Source of the DNA: Patescibacteria group bacterium
GTDB taxonomy: Bacteria > Patescibacteriota > Patescibacteriia > UBA1558 > UBA10009
Direction: 5' to 3'
Length of the DNA stretch: 64,000 bases
Assembly (NCBI GenBank): GCA_041662565.1
Contig: JBAZSE010000001.1
Coordinates: 193,084-257,083, forward strand
Program-made: the position numbers and the translations under genes
Notes under the pieces: model-generated
What the model saw: the letters and a program-made list of their open reading frames with translations, nothing else
Told to the model about the DNA's origin: nothing
Databases searched by the model: none
Part shown: positions 54,759 to 64,000 of the stretch, piece after piece
Numbering within the stretch: position 1 is the stretch's first letter
Layout: the number at the start of each line of letters is the position of its first letter

Positions 54759-55535
54759 ATGAGATTTATCTTAGGAAAAAAAGTAGAAATGACCCAGATT
54801 TTTAAAGCAGACGGCAATGTTGTGCCTGTGACTGTTGTTCAGGCCGGCCCTTGCCAGATTACCCAGGTTAAAAATTTGGACACAGACGGTTACGTTGCCG
54901 CCCAAATTGGTTATGGCGAAAAAAACAAATTGTTAAAACCGCTTTTGGGGCATTTAAAAAACTTTCCTAAATACAGATATTTGCGCGAATTTCGTTTAGA
55001 GGATGGTCAAGAAGTTAAACAGGGCCAAACAATTACCGTTTTAGCATTTACCGAAGGTGAAAAAGTTAAATTAACCGGCATTTCCAAAGGTAAGGGTTTT
55101 CAGGGTGTTGTTAGAAGGCACGGTTTTAAAGGTAGCCCCGCTTCGCATGGTCATAAAGACCAATTAAGAATGCCTGGTTCCATCGGTTCCACCGGACCGG
55201 CCCACATTTACAAAGGCACCCGCATGGGCGGCCGCATGGGCAACGATTCTACTACTTACAATTTGGAAATAGTTAAAATTGATGAGGAAAAAAATTTATT
55301 ATACATTAAAGGCGCTTTGCCCGGAGCCCGTAACGGTTTGATTTTAATCCAGGCCAAGGGCGATTTAAAAGAAATTATTAAACAAGAAGCCAAAGTTGAA
55401 GAACCGATTGTTGAACAGGTTGCTCCTGTTGTAGAGGCACCGGTTATTGAAGAAGCAAAGATTTCTGCCGAAGGCGAAGTTGTTTCCAACACAGAAGAAA
55501 CTGCAGCAGTTTCGGAAACAGAAGTTAAAAGTTAA
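54759..55535 (+). CDS. rplC: 50S ribosomal protein L3 with acidic C-terminal tail
   Basis: GKKVEMTQIF, SKGKGFQG, R.PGSIG. Confidence 0.98.
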   Translation: MRFILGKKVEMTQIFKADGNVVPVTVVQAGPCQITQVKNLDTDGYVAAQIGYGEKNKLLKPLLGHLKNFPKYRYLREFRLEDGQEVKQGQTITVLAFTEGEKVKLTGISKGKGFQGVVRRHGFKGSPASHGHKDQLRMPGSIGSTGPAHIYKGTRMGGRMGNDSTTYNLEIVKIDEEKNLLYIKGALPGARNGLILIQAKGDLKEIIKQEAKVEEPIVEQVAPVVEAPVIEEAKISAEGEVVSNTEETAAVSETEVKS

Positions 55536-55538
55536 TTT

Positions 55539-56168
55539 ATGAAAGCAAAAGTTTACAATTTAGCAGGAGAAGTTTTAAGGGAACAGGAACTGGATGCCAA
55601 GTTTTTTGGCATTAAAGTCAAAGCCGAAGTTATCCAGCAATCCGTTACCGCTCAAGCTGCCAATGCCCGCGAAGTTTTGGCTCACGCCAAAGGCCGGGCC
55701 GAGGTAAGAGGCGGTGGTAAAAAACCTTGGAAACAAAAAGGTACCGGCCGAGCCAGACACGGTTCTACCCGTTCTCCTATTTGGGTTGGTGGCGGTGTAA
55801 CTTTTGGCCCAACCAAAGAACGTAATTTTTCCGTTTCGATCAATAAAAAAGCCAAAAAAAGAGCTTTGCAAATGGTTTTGGCCGATAAAGCCAATCATGA
55901 ACATTTGATTTTAATCGATGAATTAACGGTTGACGCCCCTAAAACCAAAAAGATGGCGCAAATTTTAAAGAAATTGCCGTTAAACAACAAATCCACTTTG
56001 ATTGTTTTGGACAAAAAAAATGATGCGGTTGTTAGAAGCTCCAGAAATATTGCTAAAGTTATTACCGCTTCAGCCGATAGTATAAATATTATAGATTTAT
56101 TAAAGTGCGAGTATTTATTGATGCCTGTTAAGGCCTTGCCCAAAGTTGTTAAGCACTATTCGTTTTAA
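55539..56168 (+). CDS. rplD: 50S ribosomal protein L4
   Basis: EVRGGGKKPWKQKGTGRARHGS. Confidence 0.98.
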   Translation: MKAKVYNLAGEVLREQELDAKFFGIKVKAEVIQQSVTAQAANAREVLAHAKGRAEVRGGGKKPWKQKGTGRARHGSTRSPIWVGGGVTFGPTKERNFSVSINKKAKKRALQMVLADKANHEHLILIDELTVDAPKTKKMAQILKKLPLNNKSTLIVLDKKNDAVVRSSRNIAKVITASADSINIIDLLKCEYLLMPVKALPKVVKHYSF

Positions 56169-56173
56169 AAAAT

Positions 56174-56647
56174 ATGGGATTATTTGATAAATTAAAAACC
56201 AAATCAGCTGCTTCCAGCCACAATGTTTCTCCCCGCAGCACCAAACAGCCGGTTAAGGCCGATTTAACCTTGGCCGAATTAAAGCAGGAAAAAGGTTTAG
56301 AGAGCGCCCCAACTTTAGCACAAGCGCAAAAAGCAACCAATAAGATTTCTAAAGATGATACCAAGGGCGCTTATAAAATTTTAATCAAACCGCTAGTAAC
56401 CGAAAAAGGCAGTTACTTTGCCGCCAGCGGAAAATATTTATTCGAAGTTTATCCCGGAGCCAATAAAGGGCAGATTAAAAAAGCCATCGAAGCGGTTTAC
56501 GGAGTTAAGCCGGTTAAAGTCAATATCGTGCGGTTGCCCGGTAAAAGCGTTCGGTACGGAAAAGTTACCGGTACTACTAAAGATCAAAAAAAAGCAATTG
56601 TAACTTTAAGAAAAGGTGAAACCATTGAGGTTTACGAAGGCGTTTAA
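56174..56647 (+). CDS. rplW: 50S ribosomal protein L23 with long N-terminal extension
   Basis: PLVTEK, ANK.QIK.AIE, KKAIVTL. Confidence 0.95.
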   Translation: MGLFDKLKTKSAASSHNVSPRSTKQPVKADLTLAELKQEKGLESAPTLAQAQKATNKISKDDTKGAYKILIKPLVTEKGSYFAASGKYLFEVYPGANKGQIKKAIEAVYGVKPVKVNIVRLPGKSVRYGKVTGTTKDQKKAIVTLRKGETIEVYEGV

Positions 56648-56653
56648 AATAAT

Positions 56654-57499
56654 ATGGCAATAAGAATTTACAGACCAACAACCCCCGGCCGCCGTAAAAC
56701 ATCAGTGATGATTACGAGGCATTTGGATAAGGTAAAGCCCTTAAAGAGTTTGGTTGTTTACAAAAAAAGATTTGCCGGCAGAGGTAATACCGGTAGAATT
56801 AACGTTAGACATCAGGGCGGCGGAGCCCGAAAAATCGTTCGCCAAATTGATTTTTTTAGAAACAAATGGGATATCCCCGGCAAAGTTGCTACACTGGAAT
56901 ACGATCCTAACCGCAACGCCAGCATTGCTTTAGTTAATTTTGTAGACGGTGAAAAAAGATATATTTTATGCCCCGAAGGTTTGGTTAAAGGTATGACGGT
57001 TGTTTCTTCGCAAAAAACCTTTACCCAACAAGTTGGTAATGCTTTTCCTTTGGATTTAATTCCGCCAGGAACTTTTATTCACAATGTAGAGCTGGAACCC
57101 GGTAAAGGCGGAAAAATGGCCAGAGCGGCCGGCAGCGGCATTATTTTACAGGTTATCGAAGGCCAGCACGCTCAGTTAAAAATGCCTTCAGGCGAAATAA
57201 GATTATTGCCAAAATCATGTTTGGCCACAGTTGGTACCGTTTCCAATGCCGATTTTAGACACATTAGATGGGGCAAAGCCGGCAGAATGAGACACAGAGG
57301 CATTAGGCCAACCGTTAGAGGTAAAGTTATGAACCCGGTTGATCATCCTCATGGCGGTGGTGAGGGCTCCAACTCCATTGGTTTAAAGAAAGGCCCGATG
57401 AACGTTTACGGTAAAAAAGCCATGGGTATTAAAACCCGCAAGCATCACTTAATTTCAGCCAAATTGATTTTAACCAGAAGAAAGAAAAAGAGCGCTTAA
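56654..57499 (+). CDS. rplB: 50S ribosomal protein L2
   Basis: EYDPNR, VRGKVMNPVDHPHGGGEG. Confidence 0.99.
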   Translation: MAIRIYRPTTPGRRKTSVMITRHLDKVKPLKSLVVYKKRFAGRGNTGRINVRHQGGGARKIVRQIDFFRNKWDIPGKVATLEYDPNRNASIALVNFVDGEKRYILCPEGLVKGMTVVSSQKTFTQQVGNAFPLDLIPPGTFIHNVELEPGKGGKMARAAGSGIILQVIEGQHAQLKMPSGEIRLLPKSCLATVGTVSNADFRHIRWGKAGRMRHRGIRPTVRGKVMNPVDHPHGGGEGSNSIGLKKGPMNVYGKKAMGIKTRKHHLISAKLILTRRKKKSA

Positions 57500-57512
57500 T
57501 TAAGAAATTACT

Positions 57513-57806
57513 ATGTCCAGAAGTTTAAAGAAAAATCCTTGGATTGATCCCAAGTTATTAAAAAAACTTTCCCGTTTAAAGCCCGGCGATAAAACCGTTA
57601 TCAAAACCTGGGCCAGGGCCTCAACCATTACTCCCGAAATGGTGGGTTTGACCATTGGCGTGCACAATGGCAAACAGCACTTACCGGTTTTTGTGGTAGA
57701 AAATATGGTAGGCCATAAACTGGGCGAGTTTTCACCCACCCGCAAGTTTATTTCCCACGGTGGTAAAATGGCCAAGGAGCAATCAAAAGACGCTGGTTCC
57801 AAATAA
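57513..57806 (+). CDS. rpsS: 30S ribosomal protein S19
   Basis: [23 protein letters not shown]. Confidence 0.98.
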   Translation: MSRSLKKNPWIDPKLLKKLSRLKPGDKTVIKTWARASTITPEMVGLTIGVHNGKQHLPVFVVENMVGHKLGEFSPTRKFISHGGKMAKEQSKDAGSK

Positions 57807-57840
57807 AGATTAAAGCCAAGGAATTTTAAATCAATTTATT

Positions 57841-58398
57841 ATGAGCAAGTTAGCCAACAAAAAAACCAACCAACCAACCTCCAAAGAACAGGAGATTAAG
57901 GTTTTGGCGGCCGAATCCGTTAAAGAAACCCCTAAAGCCAAAGAAGGCGGCCAAGAAAAAAAAGCCGTTACTTCGGCCCGGGCTTTGTTGCGCTATTACA
58001 AAGTTTCCCCCCGCAAGGTTCGTTTGGTAATTAATGAAATCAAGGGTTTGCCGGTTATGGAGGCCTTAGCCAGATTACAGTTAATGCAAAAAATTTCCGC
58101 CCGCGATATTGCCAAGTTGTTAAAATCGGCTATTGCCAACGCGGAAAATAATTTTAAATTAAAAAAAGAAGATTTATTCGTTAAAAGCATAGTAGCCAAT
58201 CAGGGCCCTTCACTTCACCGTTTTATGCCTGCCGCCTTTGGTTCGGCCCATGATATTTTAAAACGCAGTTCACACGTGGATTTAACGATTGCCTTAAAAG
58301 AAGAAAATAAAAAAAAGAAAGAACAACCGGTTAAGAGCAAAAAAACGATTAAGCCGGAAATTAAGAAAGTAAAAAAACCAGTAACCAAAAAATCCTAA
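57841..58398 (+). CDS. rplV: 50S ribosomal protein L22 with N- and C-terminal extensions
   Basis: SPRKVRLV, SAIANAENN, KRSSHV. Confidence 0.96.
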   Translation: MSKLANKKTNQPTSKEQEIKVLAAESVKETPKAKEGGQEKKAVTSARALLRYYKVSPRKVRLVINEIKGLPVMEALARLQLMQKISARDIAKLLKSAIANAENNFKLKKEDLFVKSIVANQGPSLHRFMPAAFGSAHDILKRSSHVDLTIALKEENKKKKEQPVKSKKTIKPEIKKVKKPVTKKS

Positions 58399-58422
58399 TT
58401 CCTAGTAACTAGCACCTAATCT

Positions 58423-59142
58423 ATGGGACACAAAGTAAATCCAAAAGTTTTCCGCCTCGGTCAAACCCTAGCTTGGTCTTCCAAGTGGTTTGCCAGAGAT
58501 AAAGATTATGCTGATTTGTTAAAGCAGGATGTTTTGATTAGGAAATTTTTAAAAACGAAGTTAAAAGAAGCTATTTTGGAAAAAGTGGAAATCGAAAGAT
58601 CCAATGCCCAGTTAACCCTTAATTTAACGGCATCTAGGCCCGGAACCATTATCGGCCGTGGGGGAGAAGGCATTGAAGGTCTTAAAAAAGAGTTGATGAA
58701 AAAGTTTTTTGCCAACAGCAGGCAAAATATTAAAATCAATATCCAAGAAGTGGCCAATCCCAATTTGTCACCCGAAGTTATGCTGCATTTCATGATTGCG
58801 GATATTGAAAAGCGTATGCCTTTTAGGCGCATTATGAAACAATCCATAGATCGGATTATGAAAGCCGGAGCGTTGGGAGTTAAGGTTATCATGGGCGGCC
58901 GCTTAAACGGAGCCGAAATCGCCAGAACCGAAAATTTATCCCAAGGCAAAATTCCTTTACATACCTTAAGAGCCAACATTGATTACGCCCGCGGCGTGGC
59001 CCGCACCACTTTTGGAGCCATCGGCATTAAGGTTTGGATTTATAAAGGCGATGTTTTTGAAAAATCAGCCGAAGAAAAAAACGAAGCCGCAGCTGCAAGC
59101 GCGGCCAAAGTCGAAAAACCTTTTAGTTTGATTAATAAATAA
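58423..59142 (+). CDS. rpsC: 30S ribosomal protein S3
   Basis: MGHKVNP..FRLG, GRLNGAEIAR, PLHTLRANIDY. Confidence 0.98.
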   Translation: MGHKVNPKVFRLGQTLAWSSKWFARDKDYADLLKQDVLIRKFLKTKLKEAILEKVEIERSNAQLTLNLTASRPGTIIGRGGEGIEGLKKELMKKFFANSRQNIKINIQEVANPNLSPEVMLHFMIADIEKRMPFRRIMKQSIDRIMKAGALGVKVIMGGRLNGAEIARTENLSQGKIPLHTLRANIDYARGVARTTFGAIGIKVWIYKGDVFEKSAEEKNEAAAASAAKVEKPFSLINK

Positions 59143-59189
59143 AGTATACGGATCAAGCGATCAACTACCAGTAAAGAATCAATAACATT

Positions 59190-59612
59190 ATGTTAGCGCC
59201 AAAAAAAGTAAAACACAGGAAGTGGCAAAAAACCGATCAGATTAAGGGTAAAGCCACCAGAATGAATAACATTGCTTTCGGACAGTTTGCCCTTAAGGCG
59301 ATTTCGGCTGGCTGGGTTAGTTCCAGGCAGATCGAATCCGCCAGAAGGGTTATGACCCGTTACGTAGCTAAAGGCGGCAAGATTTGGATTAGGATTTTCC
59401 CCGATAAGCCAATAACCGCCCACGGTTCCGAAATGCCTATGGGTAAAGGTAAAGGCGCGGTTGATCATTTTGTGGCCGTAGTTAAAGCCGGAACGATTTT
59501 GTTTGAAATTTCGGGCATTAGCCGAGATCAGGCACACGAAGCCATGACTTCCGCCAATTACAAATTACCGATCAGATCAAAATTTATTGAAAAGACATCG
59601 ATCAGCCATTAG
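59190..59612 (+). CDS. rplP: 50S ribosomal protein L16
   Basis: [27 protein letters not shown]. Confidence 0.98.
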   Translation: MLAPKKVKHRKWQKTDQIKGKATRMNNIAFGQFALKAISAGWVSSRQIESARRVMTRYVAKGGKIWIRIFPDKPITAHGSEMPMGKGKGAVDHFVAVVKAGTILFEISGISRDQAHEAMTSANYKLPIRSKFIEKTSISH

Positions 59613-59630
59613 GTTTTAATGAATTATCAT

Positions 59631-59864
59631 ATGGATTTTAAAGAATTAAAAAAAGTATCCGTTGCCGAATTGGTAAAGCTGTTGGCCAAATACCGCGAGC
59701 AATTGCGCGATTTGCGTTTTTCCATTAGCGCCAAACAGCAAAAAAACATTAGGCAGATCAGAGAGCCCAAACAGATGATTGCCCGCATTTTAACTTTATT
59801 GAATAATCACAAAGCCGATGAATCTACCGATCAAACCGTAGCCGGCGACAATTTAAATAAATAA
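59631..59864 (+). CDS. rpmC: 50S ribosomal protein L29
   Basis: EL....L..LRF....Q....IR..K..IARILT; position in the operon. Confidence 0.92.
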   Translation: MDFKELKKVSVAELVKLLAKYREQLRDLRFSISAKQQKNIRQIREPKQMIARILTLLNNHKADESTDQTVAGDNLNK

Positions 59865-59872
59865 TCATCAAT

Positions 59873-60127
59873 ATGACCGAAGTTCAAAAAAAAGTTTTAA
59901 GAAAATTCGAAGGCCTGGTGGTTTCCGATAAAATGGCTAAAACCGTTGTGGTTAAGGTTGAGCGCAAAGTGGCGCATAAAAAGTACGGTAAAAAATTCGC
60001 CATCAGCCGCAATTTTAAATGTCATGATGAAAAGAACGAATATAAAACAGGCGATAAGGTGTTATTTGCCGCTTGCCGCCCGATTTCCAAAGATAAAAAA
60101 TGGCGGGTTATTAAAAAGCTTTCATAA
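59873..60127 (+). CDS. rpsQ: 30S ribosomal protein S17
   Basis: GLVVSDKMAKT, HDE.N, RPISK.K.W. Confidence 0.97.
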   Translation: MTEVQKKVLRKFEGLVVSDKMAKTVVVKVERKVAHKKYGKKFAISRNFKCHDEKNEYKTGDKVLFAACRPISKDKKWRVIKKLS

Positions 60128-60153
60128 TATTATAGTTTAGATTCTGGAAACAT

Positions 60154-60525
60154 ATGATCCAATCACAAACAATTTTAAATTCAGCCGACAACAGCGGCGC
60201 CAAAAAATTATACTGCATTAAGGTTAATGGCGGTTACAAAAGGCGCTATGCCGGCATTGGCGATATTATTACGGTTAGCATTAGAGAGGCCCAGCCCCAC
60301 AGCGGAGTTAAAAAGGGTCAGGTTGCCAAAGCGGTTATTGTTAGGCAAAGAAAAGAAATCAGACGCGCTGATGGCACTTATATCAGATTTGACGATAATG
60401 CCGCGGTGTTGGTTGATCCCAAGAGTTATGATCCCAAAGGCACCAGAATTTTTGGGCCGGTGGCCAGAGAATTAAGGGCCAAGGGTTTTAATAAGATTAT
60501 TTCTTTAGCCGTTGAAGTTTTATAA
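60154..60525 (+). CDS. rplN: 50S ribosomal protein L14
   Basis: MIQ...[26 protein letters not shown]. Confidence 0.98.
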   Translation: MIQSQTILNSADNSGAKKLYCIKVNGGYKRRYAGIGDIITVSIREAQPHSGVKKGQVAKAVIVRQRKEIRRADGTYIRFDDNAAVLVDPKSYDPKGTRIFGPVARELRAKGFNKIISLAVEVL

Positions 60526-60535
60526 AATCAGATAT

Positions 60536-60844
60536 ATGAAAATCAAAAAAGGCGACAACGTTATCATTATAGCCGGCAAAGATAAGGGCAAAACCGGTAA
60601 AATTACCCAGGTTTTTCCCGAGCTTTTAAAAGTGGTTGTAGAAGGCCTAAATACCCATTTTAAAAATATGCGCCCTAAGCGCCAAGGTGAAAAAGGCCAA
60701 AAGATTGAATTTTCTGCGCCTTTGGATGTTTCTAACGTTATGCTGGTAGATCCTAAAACCGGACGCGCTACCAGAATCGGTACCAAAACCCTAGCATCAG
60801 GTGAAAAAGTCAGAATTGCTAAAAAATCCAACGAAGTAGTTTAA
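60536..60844 (+). CDS. rplX: 50S ribosomal protein L24
   Basis: MKIKKGD.V.IIAGKDKGK KOW motif; SNVML. Confidence 0.97.
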   Translation: MKIKKGDNVIIIAGKDKGKTGKITQVFPELLKVVVEGLNTHFKNMRPKRQGEKGQKIEFSAPLDVSNVMLVDPKTGRATRIGTKTLASGEKVRIAKKSNEVV

Positions 60845-60882
60845 ATTATGCGGTTTACGGCATTTGCCTCCAAGTTAGCTAA

Positions 60883-61451
60883 ATGAATAATATGAATTTA
60901 AAAGAACAATATCAAAAAGAAGTGGTTAATAAAATGAAAGCGGCTTTTGGCTTTAAAAATAATTTGGCTGTGCCAAAGATTTTAAAAGTGGTTTTAAACG
61001 TGGGCATTGGTCGCAGCAAGGATGATCCTAAACTGGCCGAAATAGCCGAGAGCAATTTAAAAAGAATTACCGCTCAAGCGCCCATTTACACTATTTCCAA
61101 AAAATCAATTTCCGCTTTTAAGGTTAGAGAAGGTATGAAAGTAGGTTTAAAGGTTACCTTAAGAGGCCAAAGAATGTGGGATTTTTTGGAGAAATTGGTT
61201 AAAATCACTTTGCCTCGCGTGAGAGATTTTAGAGGTTTGGATCCTAAATTGTTGATAAAACCGGCAATTTGAGCATTGGCTTTAAAGAGCATTTGGTTTT
61301 TCCCGAGATTAAATCCGATGAGGTTGATAAAATACACGGTTTGGAATTAGCCGTTAGCACCACTGCCAAAAATCACGCCGAAGGCCTGGCCTTATTTAAG
61401 AATCTGGGTTTTCCGTTTAAAGAAGAAGAAGGCAAAAAAGCCGCTAAATAA
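60883..61451 (+). CDS. rplE: 50S ribosomal protein L5, split by a 1-nt frameshift near 61246-61248
   Basis: ...LPRVRDFRGLDPK in frame 1; GNLSIGFKEHLVFPEI continues in another frame; adding one A to cctaaa restores PKIVDKTGNLSIG. Confidence 0.93.
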
Positions 61452-61481
61452 ATAAAGAAAATATTTTAATAACACAGTAAA

Positions 61482-61667
61482 ATGGCAATTCAATCACAAA
61501 TAGAAAAATCCAAAAGAGTTCCTAAATTTTCCAGCAGAATAGTCAGGCGCTGTTGGCGTTGTGGCCGCAATCACGGCTATATGCGCAAATTTAAAATCTG
61601 CCGGATTTGTTTTAGGGAGCTAGCCAACCAAGGCGCCATTCCTGGCATGAAAAAAGCCAGTTGGTAA
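61482..61667 (+). CDS. rpsN: 30S ribosomal protein S14, Zn-binding type
   Basis: RCWRCGR...CRICFRE...IPGMKKASW. Confidence 0.97.
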   Translation: MAIQSQIEKSKRVPKFSSRIVRRCWRCGRNHGYMRKFKICRICFRELANQGAIPGMKKASW

Positions 61668-61735
61668 ACCAAGCATGACCGCCTTTAAGGCAAGTTTAAA
61701 TAATTAACAAACTATTCAATTATCAAACAATCTGT

Positions 61736-62128
61736 ATGATGACCGATCCCATAGCCGACATGTTAACCAGAGTAAGGAACTCACTGGCTGTCCATAAGTC
61801 AGAGGTTATTTTGCCGTATTCCAAAATTAAATTTGAAATTGCCAAAATTTTAAAAAATGCCGGTTATTTGGTTGAAGCGGAAAAAGTGGAAGAAGATTTT
61901 ACCAAAATAAAACTGGTCTTGGCTTACAAAGAAAACAATCAGCCGGCCATTACCCATATAAAAAGAATCAGCAAGCCGGGTTTGCGGGTTTATGTTTCCC
62001 GCGATAAAATTCCCTATGTTTTAAATAATTTGGGTATAGCCATTTTGTCTACTTCCAGGGGCTTAATGACCAATAAGCAGGCCAGAAGGGCCAGAATCGG
62101 CGGAGAATTAATCTGTGAAGTTTGGTAA
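61736..62128 (+). CDS. rpsH: 30S ribosomal protein S8
   Basis: MTDPIADMLTRVRN, SKPGLRVY, STSRG, GGELICEVW. Confidence 0.98.
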   Translation: MMTDPIADMLTRVRNSLAVHKSEVILPYSKIKFEIAKILKNAGYLVEAEKVEEDFTKIKLVLAYKENNQPAITHIKRISKPGLRVYVSRDKIPYVLNNLGIAILSTSRGLMTNKQARRARIGGELICEVW

Positions 62129-62171
62129 TTAAATTGAAAATTTTGCTTTTGAAATTTAAAATTCAGCATAT

Positions 62172-62720
62172 ATGTCAAGAATAGGAAAAAAACCAATCCC
62201 CATTACTGCAGGCGTCGAAGTCAAACTTGACGGCGGTTTAGTCGTGGTTAAAGGCTCCAAGGGCCAGCTGGAACAGCGTTTACATCCTTTAGTTAAGGCC
62301 GAAATCAAAGATAACGAAATCATTATCAGCATTCCGGATGAAAATGACAGAAGCCAGAAGGCGTTGTGGGGCTTATCCAGAACTTTGGTCAGCAATTTGG
62401 TGGAAGGTGTAACCAAAGGTTTTTCTAAAGAATTGGAAATCAACGGCATTGGTTTTAAAGCAGCCGTGAGCGGAGAAGTTTTGCTTTTAAACGTCGGTTT
62501 TTCGCACCAGGTTGAATTTAAATTTTCCAAAGATATCAAGATTACGGTGGAAAAAAATTTAATTACCGTTTCCGGCATTGATAAGCAAAAAGTCGGTCAG
62601 ATTGCCGCCGAAATCAGGGCCATTAAAAAACCAGAGCCCTACAAAGGCAAAGGTATTAAGTATAAAGAAGAAGTTATCAGACGCAAGGCCGGCAAGGTGG
62701 TTAAGGGTTCGGCCGGTTAA
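62172..62720 (+). CDS. rplF: 50S ribosomal protein L6
   Basis: MSRIGKKPI, PEPYKGKGI. Confidence 0.98.
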   Translation: MSRIGKKPIPITAGVEVKLDGGLVVVKGSKGQLEQRLHPLVKAEIKDNEIIISIPDENDRSQKALWGLSRTLVSNLVEGVTKGFSKELEINGIGFKAAVSGEVLLLNVGFSHQVEFKFSKDIKITVEKNLITVSGIDKQKVGQIAAEIRAIKKPEPYKGKGIKYKEEVIRRKAGKVVKGSAG

Positions 62721-62789
62721 ATTTAAATTAATTTTCAGCTTGCCCTCTTAAAACATGTTTTGGGCAAGAGGCGAACAAGCAAGAATCAT

Positions 62790-63143
62790 ATGAAAGATTT
62801 AAATAAAATTAAAAAAGATTTAAGGCAAAGAAGGGTTAATCGGACCAGATCCAAAGTGTCTGGCAACGCATTAAAGCCCCGCTTAGCCGTGTTTAAGGGT
62901 TTAAGGCAGCTTTCTATCCAAGCGATTGATGATGTGGCAGGTAAAACCGTAGCCAGCGCTTATGATAAGGAAGTAACGGCCAAAACCAATATGGAAAAAG
63001 CCAAAGGCGTTGGTTTATTGATTGCCAAAAAATTGCAGGAGAAAAAAATTTCCCAAGCCGTTTTTGATAAAAGGCACTATAAATACCATGGTTTGGTTAA
63101 GGAAGTAGCCGATGGCGCCCGTGAAGGCGGTTTACAATTTTAA
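62790..63143 (+). CDS. rplR: 50S ribosomal protein L18
   Basis: PRLAVF, QAIDD, VFD...YKYHG.V..VADGAREGGLQF. Confidence 0.97.
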   Translation: MKDLNKIKKDLRQRRVNRTRSKVSGNALKPRLAVFKGLRQLSIQAIDDVAGKTVASAYDKEVTAKTNMEKAKGVGLLIAKKLQEKKISQAVFDKRHYKYHGLVKEVADGAREGGLQF

Positions 63144-63169
63144 ATTTTTATTTAGGAATTCAATCAAGT

Positions 63170-63844
63170 ATGTCTAAACCAGTTAAAAATAACAGCCGTG
63201 GCGGTTTTAAAGAAAGGCCGCAAATGGAATACGAACAGAAGATTGTTGACTTAGCCAGAGTTACTAGGGTTATGGCTGGCGGCAAAAGGATGCGTTTTAG
63301 AGCAGCCGTTGTTTTGGGTGATAAGCGCGGTAAAGTCGGCTGGGGTTTGGCTAAAGGAGCTGATGTGGCTATTGCCGTTGGCAAAGCCGTGGCTCAGGCC
63401 CAAAAAAGCATGATTAAAATCCGTTTTGTTGAAGGAACAATTCCTCATCAGATCGAGGTTAAGTTTAAAGCGGCCAGAATCATGTTAAAACCGGCTGTTA
63501 AAGGCACGGGTATTATTGCCGGCGGAGCTGTTAGGAGCGTTTTGGAATTAGTCGGTATACCCAATATTTACAGTAAAATTTTAAGCAAGAGTAGTAATAA
63601 AATTAGCAATATTCAAGCAACTTTTAAGGCCTTACAATCATTGCAGTATCAAGCGGAAGATAAAGGCACCGAAATTGCTGTGGGCGAAGCTGTTGAACCG
63701 ATAGTGATTGAACGGGATTTGGATAAAGAAGAAGAATTGGATAAAGAACAAAAAAGATTGCTTAAAAAAGCCGGCCTAGATGCTGATTTGTCAAAATCGG
63801 CTTTAGCCAATTTAAAAACCGGCTCCAAGGGCAAAATCAGCTAG
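63170..63844 (+). CDS. rpsE: 30S ribosomal protein S5 with charged C-terminal extension
   Basis: RVTRVMAGGKRMRF, GTGIIAGGAVR. Confidence 0.97.
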   Translation: MSKPVKNNSRGGFKERPQMEYEQKIVDLARVTRVMAGGKRMRFRAAVVLGDKRGKVGWGLAKGADVAIAVGKAVAQAQKSMIKIRFVEGTIPHQIEVKFKAARIMLKPAVKGTGIIAGGAVRSVLELVGIPNIYSKILSKSSNKISNIQATFKALQSLQYQAEDKGTEIAVGEAVEPIVIERDLDKEEELDKEQKRLLKKAGLDADLSKSALANLKTGSKGKIS

Positions 63845-63871
63845 GTATTAATATTTTAGAATTTCAATAAT

Positions 63872-64000
63872 ATGACCATGATCGGTTTACATAATTTACA
63901 GGCCTCCAAGGGCAGTAATAAAAGAAAAATTCGCCGTGGCCGAGGTAATGCTTCGGGCAAGGGTAACTATTCCGGCTGAGGCGGTAACGGTCAAAGAGCC
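63872..64000 (+). CDS. rplO: 50S ribosomal protein L15, partial at the window end, with in-frame TGA at 63977-63979
   Basis: MTMIGLHNL...RRGRGNASGKGNYSG*GGNGQRA matches the L15 N-terminal motif. Confidence 0.88.

Noticed and set aside
55463-55478. REP remnant (tctgccgaaggcgaa) inside the L3 acidic tail
   Set aside because: Too short and degenerate to separate from ordinary Ser-Ala-Glu-Gly codons.
63977-63979. Genetic code 25 (TGA=Gly) as in Gracilibacteria/Absconditabacteria
   Set aside because: The position needs Arg, no other gene has internal TGA, TGA ends normal genes (e.g. 15067, 42510), and prfB is present.

Overview
AT-rich bacterial chromosome segment, standard code (TGA is used as stop). 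It looks like a Patescibacteria/CPR (Parcubacteria-like) genome: rpmD/L30 is missing between rpsE and rplO, most core genes lack a Shine-Dalgarno or look leaderless, ComEC is split, and several r-proteins carry charged extensions. Core content: ybeY-ftsA-ftsZ-nrdR, htrA, glnA, prfB, cysS, comEC, ndk, tRNA-Pro(GGG), rpsL-rpsG-fusA, then about 23 kb of accessory DNA (Dsb/copper cluster, non-oxidative pentose phosphate genes, RNase toxins, a defence island) before tuf and the S10/spc cluster. The main unannotated signal is a set of four apparent ribosome-dependent transcription attenuators, each built as promoter, short leader peptide with clustered amino-acid codons, and alternative antiterminator/terminator pairings. 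An Asn/Gln leader precedes glnA; Cys-, Phe- and Ile-rich leaders precede orphan small proteins, several with Zn-ligand patterns. Other notable items: orphan RNase toxins (NYN, PemK) bracketed by a shared AAACAGGGTCAA 5' hairpin and a convergent small RNA; an intact tRNA-Pro nested inside a split second tRNA-Pro; several candidate switch RNAs; and apparent lesions in rplE and rplO. All pairings and promoters were read by eye, and family assignments come from motif recognition, not database searches.
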